Origin: Patescibacteria group bacterium
GTDB taxonomy: Bacteria; Patescibacteriota; Patescibacteriia; Patescibacteriales; UBA12465
Length of the DNA stretch: 64,000 nt
Direction: 5' to 3'
NCBI GenBank assembly: GCA_050949505.1
Contig: JBMNFV010000001.1
Span: forward strand, 445,625-509,624
The notes beneath the pieces are model-generated. The model saw nothing but the letters and a program-made list of their open reading frames with translations, ran no database searches and had not been told where the DNA came from. This document shows positions 9,279 through 18,422 of the stretch, piece after piece (within the stretch, counting starts at the first letter, position 1; each line of letters starts with the position of its first letter). The translations under genes and the position numbers were made by a program.

Positions 9279-9312
9279 ATCTTTAAACATTAATTTAAAG
9301 AGGTCTTTCCAC

Positions 9313-9326
9313 TAATCACTTTAAAG
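9313..9326. repeat. direct repeat TAATCACTTTAA (left copy) bracketing the HTH gene cassette
   Basis: 12/12 identity with 9698-9709. The copies are 385 bp apart and flank the small HTH gene plus its upstream inverted repeats. Confidence 0.6.
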
Positions 9327-9605
9327 TAATTCTTTTTGCCACTTATCCACATATTGCCCTAGTCCGGAGTTTAGTAGCTTATTTCTCAACTTAGTATTTT
9401 TATTCAAAAAGATTAGCAGGGAACTAAGCTCAATTTGGTAACGGTTCTTAACAATGCGATACTTGAATTGAGGGTCAAACTTAATGGCTCGCCTAATAGT
9501 TTTATCTCCCACTCCCCCTAGTTTGGCCGCCTCAGAAACACTCAACCAAATGGGGTTGAGGATCTTTTTCTTAGCTGACTGTTTGGCGAGACTCCTTGTT
9601 TCCAT
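9321..9605 (-). CDS. small helix-turn-helix DNA-binding protein (excisionase/MerR-like HTH), candidate regulator
   Basis: 94 aa. LSVSEAAKLGGVGDKTIRRAIKFD is an HTH. The gene is preceded (on its upstream side, 9606-9860) by dense TAGACT palindromes and has its own terminator. No obvious SD. Confidence 0.5.
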   Translation of the reverse strand: METRSLAKQSAKKKILNPIWLSVSEAAKLGGVGDKTIRRAIKFDPQFKYRIVKNRYQIELSSLLIFLNKNTKLRNKLLNSGLGQYVDKWQKELL

Positions 9606-9610
9606 AGTTT

Positions 9611-9640
9611 AGTCTAGGCTACTCTAGACTTAAGTCTAGG
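9611..9640. repeat. inverted repeat, left arm (contains 16-bp palindrome CTAGACTTAAGTCTAG at 9624-9639)
   Basis: agtctaggctactctagacttaagtctagg; its reverse complement matches 9708-9730 at about 23/24 positions. Confidence 0.7.
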
Positions 9641-9697
9641 CTATAGGCAGAGAAAGGTCAAGTCCTTTAGTTCCCCTTGGCCGAGAATATCTTAAAT

Positions 9698-9710
9698 TAA
9701 TCACTTTAAG
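9698..9710. repeat. direct repeat TAATCACTTTAA (right copy)
   Basis: Matches 9313-9324 and immediately precedes the right inverted-repeat arm. Confidence 0.6.
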
Positions 9711-9730
9711 TCTAGAGTAGTCTAGACTTA
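9708..9730. repeat. inverted repeat, right arm (contains palindrome AGTCTAGACT at 9719-9728)
   Basis: aagtctagagtagtctagactta, partner of 9611-9640, separated by a 67-bp spacer. Confidence 0.7.
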
Positions 9731-10060
9731 AATCATTAAAGTATAGCAAGATAGCTGGCTATGTCAAGTCTTTTAGTCAGCTGTATCTAAGAGCCAATTA
9801 GATTAGGAGAGGGGAGTTAATGTTTATTGTTTTAGACTTGAATTAGACTAAGATAAGAGCAGGGGGTTTAGGATATAGAAAGGGGATGGTTACTGGAGAG
9901 AGACTTCTACAATTAAAGGGGGGAATTAGGGTTAGTTAAGGCTTGCCTTTAGCTTGCGTTTGCTTTAGGCTTGTGTTAAGATAAATTTAAGAAAAATAAA
10001 TAATCTTTAAGCTAATTTTGTTAACTAGTTTAACAATTTTTATTATAGACAAACCATAGA

Positions 10061-10639
10061 ATGGCTAATCAGCTGCTTCAAAAATTTAAAGACAATCAGG
10101 CCTTGCGACGTTTAGCTCGCCAAGATAAGGAGGCTTTTGCGGCAGCCTATGATCAGAATGTGGCTGATATTTATCGCTTTATCTATTTTAAAATAGGTTC
10201 AGAGGAAGAGGCCCATGACTTGACCTCCACCGTCTTTCTTAAGGCTTGGAATCATATCCAAACTAATACTCTAGAAGATAGCAAGACCTTAAGAGCCTTG
10301 TTTTACAAGGTGGCCCGTAATGCTATTATTGACCACTACCGAGAGACTAGCCAGCTTAAGCAGGACTCCCTAGATGATGAGACTAAGCGGATTGAGGTGA
10401 TAGATGAGGACTCGCTAGGACTAGAAGACCAGCTAGACCAGCAGGCTGAGTTAGCGCTGATTAAAAGCAAATTACCATTATTAAAAGAAGAGTATCGGGA
10501 GGTGGTGATTATGCGCTTTATCAATGATTTAACTATAGAGGAAATAGCTGACATTAGTGAGCGCAAGAAGGGTAATGTCCGAGTCTTGCTTCACCGGGCC
10601 TTAAAGGCACTCCGGGAGCTAATGGAGCTAGAGCAATAA
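10061..10639 (+). CDS. RNA polymerase sigma factor, ECF (sigma-70 regions 2 and 4)
   Basis: Region 2 (DIYRFIYFKIGSEEEAHDLTSTVFLKAW) and region 4 HTH (VVIMRFINDLTIEEIADISERKKGNVRVLLHRALKAL). Confidence 0.85.
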   Translation: MANQLLQKFKDNQALRRLARQDKEAFAAAYDQNVADIYRFIYFKIGSEEEAHDLTSTVFLKAWNHIQTNTLEDSKTLRALFYKVARNAIIDHYRETSQLKQDSLDDETKRIEVIDEDSLGLEDQLDQQAELALIKSKLPLLKEEYREVVIMRFINDLTIEEIADISERKKGNVRVLLHRALKALRELMELEQ

Positions 10640-10677
10640 CTGTAACACTTTGAGAGGTTTTACGTATACTAGGGTGT

Positions 10678-11523
10678 ATGAGTGACAAAGAATTAATCAA
10701 ACAACTGAAACAGTTAAAAACAATTAAACCCGAGGCGTCGTGGACTAGCGACAATCGGGCTTTGTTGTTGTCACAAATTGCTAATGCGGGAGCCACTAAA
10801 TTATCAGCGGGGCGCTTGTTCTTAATTAATCTAAACTGTAGTCTTAGAGCCTTGGCTAGACCGGCCTATGCCTTAGGAGCTTTTGTAATAATTTTGGTGG
10901 TGGGTATTTTTAGTCACCAGCTACTTACTTCTATTAAACCAACTGACTCACTTTATATCGCCAGAATTATTTCTGAGAAGGCTAAGCTTAGCACGGTCAT
11001 TAGTCCTGCGGAGCGAGATGCCTTGTCACTAAAGTTTTCCCTTAGTCACGCCACCGATATTTCTGAGGTCTTAGCTGACCCTAGTTTTAATACAGTTGAG
11101 AACCAAGTTAAGGTGGCTAAACTAAATGATAGTTTTAATAAAGAGCTAGAAAATATTCGCACTAAGATCGCTACCATTAAACCTAAGTCAGAGCCAACCG
11201 CTAATGAGACAGAGGCCGCTGAAGAAATCTTTATTCTAGCTAGCGAAGAGTCGGCTACCGAGCAGGGTCTAGAAATTTCCTTAAGTCCTGAGGCGGAGGA
11301 GCCAAAGGATGAAGAGGCCGAAGAACTAGAGCCTAGTGAGGAAGCGGAGATCAAGTTGGAGTTAAATGTAAGTCCCAGTTCAAGTTTGGAATTAGTAACT
11401 ACCGAGGAGGCTAGTACTAGTTCTTTAAGTCTATCACTAGAAGAAGCTCAAAAGTTGTCAGAGAGCAAGGATTTCGATCAGGTTAATGTTAAGTTAAGAG
11501 AATTAAGAGAATTAATTAAATAA
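10678..11523 (+). CDS. putative anti-sigma factor-like single-pass membrane protein (acidic, repeat-rich extracytoplasmic region)
   Basis: Sits immediately downstream of the ECF sigma gene. About 60 aa cytoplasmic N-terminus, one TM (AYALGAFVIILVVGIFS), then an E/S-rich C-terminal domain. No recognisable catalytic motif. Role inferred from position only. Confidence 0.4.
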   Translation: MSDKELIKQLKQLKTIKPEASWTSDNRALLLSQIANAGATKLSAGRLFLINLNCSLRALARPAYALGAFVIILVVGIFSHQLLTSIKPTDSLYIARIISEKAKLSTVISPAERDALSLKFSLSHATDISEVLADPSFNTVENQVKVAKLNDSFNKELENIRTKIATIKPKSEPTANETEAAEEIFILASEESATEQGLEISLSPEAEEPKDEEAEELEPSEEAEIKLELNVSPSSSLELVTTEEASTSSLSLSLEEAQKLSESKDFDQVNVKLRELRELIK

Positions 11524-11524
11524 C

Positions 11525-12313
11525 ATGTCTTTAGAGCGCTTCTATTTATCAGCGGATACTAGTAATATTCTTAGCAATGAACATTGGCTACGCTATGAGG
11601 CGGTGGTGCCCATGATTAAAGATAAGGTTGTCCTAGATGTTGCTTGCGGCTCAGGTTATGGTAGTGACCACTTAGCCACTAGTGGAGCTAAGAAGGTTAT
11701 TGGTTTAGATATAGATGGACCAACGATAGAAGCTAATATAGAAAATTATCAACGAGATAATTTAGCCTTTAAGAAGGCTAGTGCCCTCAAGCTACCCTTT
11801 AAAGATGGAGAGTTTGATGTGGTGGTTTCCTTTGAAACGATTGAGCACTTTAATGAAGATGACCAAATGGATGTGATGGCCGAGTTTAAGCGAGTCTTGT
11901 CCCCGGAGGGATTGCTCATTATCTCTACTCCTAATATAGAGTATCCCCATTACCCCAATCCCTTCCACTTACGAGAACTGAGTAAATTTGATCTAGTTAC
12001 CTTAGTGCAGATGGAGCATAAGTATATGCGAATCTATGAGCAGGGCAGTGCGATTGCTACCTTTATTGCTGATGAAGATGACTTTGATGGACGATATGTG
12101 TTAAGTACTGGCTTTATCCCTAAATACTTTATCACTATTTCCAGTGACCGAGAGATAGATGAAATGATTCCCCCCATGGCCACCCTTAACTCCGAAACCC
12201 TAAGACGACAAGAGACTAGTCCGGCTAAGAAGATTATGGACACCTTCTATCGTCCCCTAATCAAAGTGCCGTTCATTAAAAAAATGGTAGATAAAATAAA
12301 TAAAGGACGCTAA
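11525..12313 (+). CDS. class I SAM-dependent methyltransferase
   Basis: Motif I VLDVACGSGYGS, then acidic LDID and FDVVVSFETIEH (Methyltransf_11-like). Start overlaps the preceding stop (taacATG). Confidence 0.8.
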   Translation: MSLERFYLSADTSNILSNEHWLRYEAVVPMIKDKVVLDVACGSGYGSDHLATSGAKKVIGLDIDGPTIEANIENYQRDNLAFKKASALKLPFKDGEFDVVVSFETIEHFNEDDQMDVMAEFKRVLSPEGLLIISTPNIEYPHYPNPFHLRELSKFDLVTLVQMEHKYMRIYEQGSAIATFIADEDDFDGRYVLSTGFIPKYFITISSDREIDEMIPPMATLNSETLRRQETSPAKKIMDTFYRPLIKVPFIKKMVDKINKGR

Positions 12314-12787
12314 CAATAACCAGCTAGTGCTAGTTTGTTAGTTTATCTCCTGACTAATTACTCCGACTAGGAAGATCACTGATTAAAGTTGTTCATCCGG
12401 TTCTGGATAATAACAGAGATATACTAACAAACCTGCAGTAGTGCGGGTTGATAGACCTGGTCAAGGTCGAGTTCTAGGCAACTAGAGCGGTCTGTCCTTA
12501 AAAAATCACAACGATGATTCAAAATCTAGGTTAAGCGTTATGACCTTGCTTTTAGTAAATCGGTTAAGCTTTTCTCCAGTTGGCGGGCAACACGCGCCAC
12601 TGGCAGAACTTTTTCTTAAGATCAGTCAGTTGCGCCTTAAGCATCAAGCTAGTTGGCGAAGCGGGATTCCGACTGATTTACCAACAAGACTTAACAACTA
12701 ACCAAGATGGCGAATCTTTAACGTTCTCTGATTAAGTAGTTTTAACTTTCACGGTTAAGACACTTAGATCAGAATTAATTATTATTT

Positions 12788-15763
12788 ATGAATAAATTAC
12801 GCAAATTTTTAGTTATCGGCGTAATGGTAATGACAGTGTTTGCCACCATGGGAGTAATTGCTCCTAACGTTCAAGCGGCTGCTTCTGCAGGAGACTTGAT
12901 CAAAATGGATGGTTTAACTTCTGTTTATTTCCTCGGCGCTGATGGCAAAAGATATGTCTTCCCTAATGAGGCGACATATATGTCATGGTACAACGACTTC
13001 TCAGGCGTTGTTACTATCCCAGCCGCTGAACTACAGAGCTATCCTTTGGGTGGTAATGTCGTGATGCGACCAGGAACCAAATTAGTCAAGATTACCACTG
13101 ACCCAACTGTTTATGCCGTTGAGCCTAATGGTAACTTGCGATCAATCGTCAGTGAAGCTAATGCTATCGCATTATATGGCACTGATTGGAACAAGAGAGT
13201 AGTGGACGTTCCTGATGCTTTCTTTACTAACTATAAGATCGGTTCTGCTTTGACCCCTGGTCAAGCGCCAGCTGGTTCTTTAGTTAAGACTGCTGACAGT
13301 GCTGATGTTTACTACTATGACGGTACTAACTACCGCGCTTTCACTAACGAGGCAGCTTTCAATGCTAACCGCTTTAGCTTTAGTAATGTAATTACTGTAT
13401 CTAATGTCGTGTCTGGCGGAACCGCTATCTCTAGTGCGGAGTTCGTGGATGTAGCCCAAGGAGGAACCACCTCTGGTCCAGTTGTAACTGGTTCAGGCTT
13501 AATGGTTTCTTTGAGTGCAGCTACTCCAGCTTCACAGGCTATTCCTAACCAAGCTGGTCGTATTCCAATGGCTAAGGTTAACCTAACCGCCGCTAACGAT
13601 GGCGCGGTCAATGTTGACACCATTACTATTACTCGCTCAGGATTAACCAGTTATACCACAAAACAATTACAAGTTTTTGCTGAAAAAGATGGAATTAAGG
13701 TGGCTAACGAGAAGAGCTTTGTTTCTAATGAGGCTGTCTTAGTGTTTAACCCAACTCTAACTATCCCTGCTGGACAAACTGTTAGCTTGGATATTTTAGC
13801 CAAGACCGAAAAAACCACCGATACAGCCAGTGGTAATGTAGCCTACGGAATTGCTTCTGCTTCTGCTGTCTCAGCTAGCAGTGCCGCCGTAACTGGCTCA
13901 TTCCCTATTACTGGAAACTTGATGAGTATTACTAGTTATGAAGTGGATACTCTTAATGCTGCCTTACAAGAAGGATTAGCAAGTGTTAATGTGGGAGACG
14001 AAGATGCTGAATTAGCGAAAATTGATCTTGATTTAACAAGAGATGTGGTATTAACTTCTCTAGAATTAAAGAACGAGGGTAGTGAAAATCTAGCCGATGT
14101 TCTATCTAATGTACATTTAGAGAAAGATGGTAAAATAGTTTCTAATACTGCTTCCATGAATGGAAAGTATCTAACTTTCACTTTCCCAGGCAATGGTCTA
14201 GAAATAACTGATGGAGGAGTTACTCTTTCTGTTAGAGCAGATGTTATTGCAATGTATGAAAGTCCTAGTACTATAGAATTAGGTTGGGATTCTAGAAGCT
14301 CTAATAGTGCAGCCACAGAAAAAGCTACCGGATTCGGAGTTACTTTTGAGCCTACTGGCACTAAAACTATTACCATTAAAGCTGGAGATGTTACCATTTC
14401 TAGAACCAAGAATTCTCCTCTAGGAACCAAGTCTTATGTTAAAGGAACTACCGGTATTTTAGCCTTAGAAGCCAAATTTGAGACAGTAAAAGATTTGGAT
14501 ATTGATAATATGTTTATAGTTGCTGAATTTACTCAAGGAGCTAGTTCTAGCTATAATGTAGCCACCTCTTCATTCCGTAACATAAAAGTCAAGTTAGATA
14601 ACACTACTTTAGGATCATTCTCTAACTTTACTGAATGGAGTGCCTTAGACACCAATAAGGCTAGTACTTCTGTAGAAGACTTTGCGGTAACTAAGGGAGT
14701 CCACACTATTTCCATTTTAGTTGATACTCATTCAACTATCGCTGATGGATCTACAGTTAAGTTCTCTATCGCTGGAAAAGATATTAAAGGTGTTTATATA
14801 GAAAATGATATTGGTATAGATGTAACTGGAGAAGCTACGGGAGCTGCTATAAAGGCTGAGGCAGACGGATCTCTAAAGGTGAGTTTTGCTGACACTACCA
14901 AGTCTGGTATTGTTATTGCAGATGGCACTGAGCAAGAAATTGCTAAGTTCAAAATCCATTCTGAGAATGATGAAATGATAATTGAAGAAATTGAGTTTGT
15001 AGCTACGTCTACTTCAGGAATAGCTACCACTTCTAACGAAAGATTGCATGACATCGTTGCTTACTTAGGTTCAACTGAGTTAGGTAGCAATGTTAAGTTT
15101 GAAAATGGGATATTTTCTACTTCAACCATTAAGATTTCTGGTGATAAACTAAAAATCAAGGCTGGAGAAACTAAGGAAATTACCATTAAAGGAATTTTCC
15201 CTGCTTCTTATAGTGAAGAAGCTATTGCTTCAAACACTATTCAATTAGCCTTGAATGCAATTAAGACTAAGAGTGGAGATGGAATAACTAAGCAAGAGGA
15301 AGTCAATGTGTCCAAGCCTATGACCGTTTATAAGGTCCACCCTCTATTCTCATTTGAGAAGGGTTATGTTGGATCTCTAGGAAAGACTCAGCAATACTTA
15401 GAATTCACAGTTACCGCTAAAGGAACTGGTGAATTAAGAATTGATGAGTTGGGTTATGAGCTATATGGAACAGCAAGTGGTACCACTGTTAATCTCACAG
15501 AGGTCTCCCTATATGTTGATGGAGACAAAGTAGCCTCCTCAACCGAACCAGCTGTAGTTATTGCTGCTGGCTCTTCTAAGACCTTTGTGGTGAAAGTTGA
15601 CACCACTGGTATGGCGGCAGATGCAACCTTTGGTATTAGTCTAGAAGAGAGTGCTATAAAATGGAGTGAAGGTATTAGCTTTAACAAGTTTAGTACAGTT
15701 GAATTTACAGGCACAAGCTTGGATACATTCCCAATTGATAGTGGATTATACTCAAATAAGTAA
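12788..15763 (+). CDS. large secreted Ser/Thr-rich repeat protein (candidate S-layer/cell-surface protein)
   Basis: Signal peptide (MNKLRKFLVIGVMVMTVFATMGVIAPNVQAAAS). Two N-terminal about 90-aa repeats (VYFLGADGKRYVFPNEATY / VYYYDGTNYRAFTNEAAF), then multiple beta-sandwich-like repeats (TITIKAGD, KIKAGETKEITIKG). About 25% Ser+Thr. Confidence 0.6.
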   Translation: MNKLRKFLVIGVMVMTVFATMGVIAPNVQAAASAGDLIKMDGLTSVYFLGADGKRYVFPNEATYMSWYNDFSGVVTIPAAELQSYPLGGNVVMRPGTKLVKITTDPTVYAVEPNGNLRSIVSEANAIALYGTDWNKRVVDVPDAFFTNYKIGSALTPGQAPAGSLVKTADSADVYYYDGTNYRAFTNEAAFNANRFSFSNVITVSNVVSGGTAISSAEFVDVAQGGTTSGPVVTGSGLMVSLSAATPASQAIPNQAGRIPMAKVNLTAANDGAVNVDTITITRSGLTSYTTKQLQVFAEKDGIKVANEKSFVSNEAVLVFNPTLTIPAGQTVSLDILAKTEKTTDTASGNVAYGIASASAVSASSAAVTGSFPITGNLMSITSYEVDTLNAALQEGLASVNVGDEDAELAKIDLDLTRDVVLTSLELKNEGSENLADVLSNVHLEKDGKIVSNTASMNGKYLTFTFPGNGLEITDGGVTLSVRADVIAMYESPSTIELGWDSRSSNSAATEKATGFGVTFEPTGTKTITIKAGDVTISRTKNSPLGTKSYVKGTTGILALEAKFETVKDLDIDNMFIVAEFTQGASSSYNVATSSFRNIKVKLDNTTLGSFSNFTEWSALDTNKASTSVEDFAVTKGVHTISILVDTHSTIADGSTVKFSIAGKDIKGVYIENDIGIDVTGEATGAAIKAEADGSLKVSFADTTKSGIVIADGTEQEIAKFKIHSENDEMIIEEIEFVATSTSGIATTSNERLHDIVAYLGSTELGSNVKFENGIFSTSTIKISGDKLKIKAGETKEITIKGIFPASYSEEAIASNTIQLALNAIKTKSGDGITKQEEVNVSKPMTVYKVHPLFSFEKGYVGSLGKTQQYLEFTVTAKGTGELRIDELGYELYGTASGTTVNLTEVSLYVDGDKVASSTEPAVVIAAGSSKTFVVKVDTTGMAADATFGISLEESAIKWSEGISFNKFSTVEFTGTSLDTFPIDSGLYSNK

Positions 15764-15981
15764 TCTTTACTGAGTAGATTTACTTCAAATAGTTTTTCTT
15801 AGTTTTTCTAGAAATAAAACTATGAAAATAGAGCAACCATTTGGTTGCTCTATTTTATTTTTTATTTATCTTTTGTTATTTATTGTAAGTAGTAATATTC
15901 TTAGACGAGGCCATTATCTAGCTATTTAGGGGTGGGGTGTGATATAATGGGGTTATTGTTAATTAGTAATTTGTAAAGTTT

Positions 15982-18243
15982 ATGTCAGCTAAAACTTATT
16001 TACGTATCTTGCAGGGGGGAATCTTAGTGTCCTTAATGATTATCTTTTTTGTCTTTAAGGACTTATTATTTCCCTTTATTACCTCTAAGCAGTTATCCTT
16101 TAATATTCTAATGGAGCTGTTATTGGTAGTTCTAGTGGTCTTGTGGTTAAGGTATCCGGCTTATCGGCCCAAGAGGAGCTTTATTACCTATGGCTTGCTA
16201 GCTTATTTCTTAACTATTTTAGCCTCATGTGCGGTTAGTGTGGATATTAGTTTAAGTTTTTGGGGAGATGCTGAGCGGATGTTAGGCTTGTTTCACTTAG
16301 CTCATTTTTTCATCTTTTATCTAATTATTATTACCGCCTTCCGCTCGTGGCGAGACTGGCAAGTTTTGTTTCTTAGCTCAGTGGCAGTGGCCACAGTGGT
16401 GAGTCTGATTGGCTTATTTGGTGAGAGTCCCTATAGCACAATAGGGAATACTGCTTATGTTAGTGCTTACCTAATCTTTAACCTCTACTTCATTATTTTA
16501 TTGTTCTTTAGGTCCAGTCAAAAGGGAGCTCGCTGGCTTTATCTTTTGCCCTTTGGAGTCTTGATTGCTCAATTTGTGCGCATGAAAACATCTGGGGCGA
16601 TCATTGGTTTTGGTTTAAGTTTATTAATCCTAATCTTATTACTAGGTCTAGCTCATCAGCGCCGGTTACTGCGCCGCCTCTCCTTAGGGGTCTTTGTCTT
16701 AGCGGTGGCGGTACTAGCCTTTGTTTTTTCCCAAACTCAAGCTACTTGGTTTCAGAATAGTTTTTTACGTAATTTAACTTCTCAGAAGGTGACTTTCCAA
16801 ACCCGCTTAGTTTCCTGGGAGGCGGCGATCAAAGACTTGCCGAATCATTTCTTGTTTGGTAATGGGTTTGGTAATTATGCTGATACCTTTGATCGGCACT
16901 TTGACTCTCGTTTCTATAATTACACTACCGGAGACACTTATTTTGATCGGGCACATAATAATGTGATTGAGGTCTTATCAACTACTGGAGTCTTAGGACT
17001 ACTCACTTATTTAAGTATTTTTATTGCCGCTCTCTATTATCTCTACCGTGAGTTTAGAGCTAATGGTCGGCGAGTGAGTGGGGCGGCTAATGGGTTAAAT
17101 AATTTGGAGGTGATTGTGGTCCTTACCTTAATCATTGCCTACTTCATTCAAAATTTAGCCATCTTTGACTCCTATACTACCTTCTTAGGGCTAATGATGA
17201 CCTTAGGTTTTGTTTATTGGTTAAATTATCGTCGTCATTACCCACTGGTGCCTGAAGCTAAGGAAGGGATAATCAAGAGTGAGCGGGGCGAGCTATGGGT
17301 TCTAGTATCCTTGGGAATAGTTATGTTGATCTTCACTAATTATTATAATATCAAGACGTTAAAGATGTTTAGGGGGACTATCCAAGGTTATGCGCAGATT
17401 ATCTCTGGTGACTTAGCGACGGGTATTGATACCTATCAAAAGTATTTAGTGGGTCGTCCTTTAGAAAAAGATGCTCGGGTAACGCTAATTAATTTAATTG
17501 CCTCTAATCCCAGCTTGCTTAACCGAGTTAATGCGGTGAGAGCTGAGGAGATTATGGATTATGTGATTTCCTTGGCCGAGAAGAATGTAAGCTACAATCC
17601 GCTAGATAGCATGCGGCAAATGCAGTTAGCTCAGATCCTTAACACCGCGGCTTTGTTAAATATTTCAGAGATAGATAAGTTTAATGAATATTCCCGACCA
17701 GCCATGCAGGCTATAGAGAAGTCCATTGAAGCTAGCCCCGGACGAGCCACCGTTTATTTCATTAAGGCCCAGATGCAGTTAGCGCGCAATGAGATTGAGG
17801 AAGCGATAGAAACCTTTGATTACGGGATTGCCCTTAACCCTGCATACGGAGAAGGTTATTGTCGTCTAGTCCAAGCAATTTTAGTGGCGGAAGTGAGTGA
17901 AGAGTATAGCGAGAAGCTAGAGGAGAGCATTGATAAGTGCCTATCACCAGACTATCCTAACAATGGCTTATCGGAGTATACTCTTAAACTGCTAGCTAAC
18001 TACTATTCAGAAAGACTAGACTTTAAGCAAGCAGCTGAATTATCTCTACGCCTAGCGGAGACTAATGACCAGGATGCGGAAATTTGGATCAATGTGGCTA
18101 GATTAAATTATGTAATTGGTGAGCAGGAGTTAGCCGAGGAAGCAGCCAAGCGGGCTCAATTGCTAGACCCGCAGTCAGCGGCTGACTGGCTAGAGTTCAA
18201 GGCTTATGTGGAGGAGAACTTAGAGCAGTTTATAGAGCAATAG
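15982..18243 (+). CDS. O-antigen ligase-like (Wzy_C) polytopic membrane protein with C-terminal TPR repeats
   Basis: At least 10 predicted TM helices, a periplasmic loop FGNGFGNYADTF...RAHNNVIEVLSTTGVLG resembling the Wzy_C/WaaL/PglL catalytic loop, and a C-terminal 300 aa rich in TPR-like A/L/E/Y helices. Confidence 0.6.
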   Translation: MSAKTYLRILQGGILVSLMIIFFVFKDLLFPFITSKQLSFNILMELLLVVLVVLWLRYPAYRPKRSFITYGLLAYFLTILASCAVSVDISLSFWGDAERMLGLFHLAHFFIFYLIIITAFRSWRDWQVLFLSSVAVATVVSLIGLFGESPYSTIGNTAYVSAYLIFNLYFIILLFFRSSQKGARWLYLLPFGVLIAQFVRMKTSGAIIGFGLSLLILILLLGLAHQRRLLRRLSLGVFVLAVAVLAFVFSQTQATWFQNSFLRNLTSQKVTFQTRLVSWEAAIKDLPNHFLFGNGFGNYADTFDRHFDSRFYNYTTGDTYFDRAHNNVIEVLSTTGVLGLLTYLSIFIAALYYLYREFRANGRRVSGAANGLNNLEVIVVLTLIIAYFIQNLAIFDSYTTFLGLMMTLGFVYWLNYRRHYPLVPEAKEGIIKSERGELWVLVSLGIVMLIFTNYYNIKTLKMFRGTIQGYAQIISGDLATGIDTYQKYLVGRPLEKDARVTLINLIASNPSLLNRVNAVRAEEIMDYVISLAEKNVSYNPLDSMRQMQLAQILNTAALLNISEIDKFNEYSRPAMQAIEKSIEASPGRATVYFIKAQMQLARNEIEEAIETFDYGIALNPAYGEGYCRLVQAILVAEVSEEYSEKLEESIDKCLSPDYPNNGLSEYTLKLLANYYSERLDFKQAAELSLRLAETNDQDAEIWINVARLNYVIGEQELAEEAAKRAQLLDPQSAADWLEFKAYVEENLEQFIEQ

Positions 18244-18384
18244 AGAGAATAATAGATATTGGAAAAACCACCTCAGTACTGAGGTGGTTTTTTAGATACG
18301 CAAACCTAGTTTTAAGGGGAATATCTTTAATTTTTTAGCTTAACTATTGCTTAGGAAAACTTTGACGAAGCCTCAGGGGAGACT

Positions 18385-18393
18385 TGCTATAGT
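18385..18393 (+). promoter_or_regulatory. extended -10 TGCTATAGT upstream of ORF 18423
   Basis: TGcTATAgT lies 30 nt upstream of the ATG and is a variant of the recurring TGCTATAAT element. Confidence 0.3.
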
Positions 18394-18422
18394 GGAGGGG
18401 TTAATAAACTAAAGATTAATAT

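Noticed and set aside
9343-9351. Perfect DnaA box TTATCCACA; parAB nearby raised the question of an oriC
   Set aside because: A single 9-mer is within chance expectation for 64 kb on both strands. No cluster of DnaA boxes and no AT-rich DUE next to dnaA/dnaN is visible, and parAB is not adjacent to it.
12440-12480. Partial resemblance to SRP RNA helix 8 (cctggtcaaggtcgag)
   Set aside because: The conserved GGAA tetraloop and AGCAGCC partner strand are absent. I also searched the window for tmRNA hallmarks (tRNA-like 3' end with CCACCA, tag-peptide frame) and found none.
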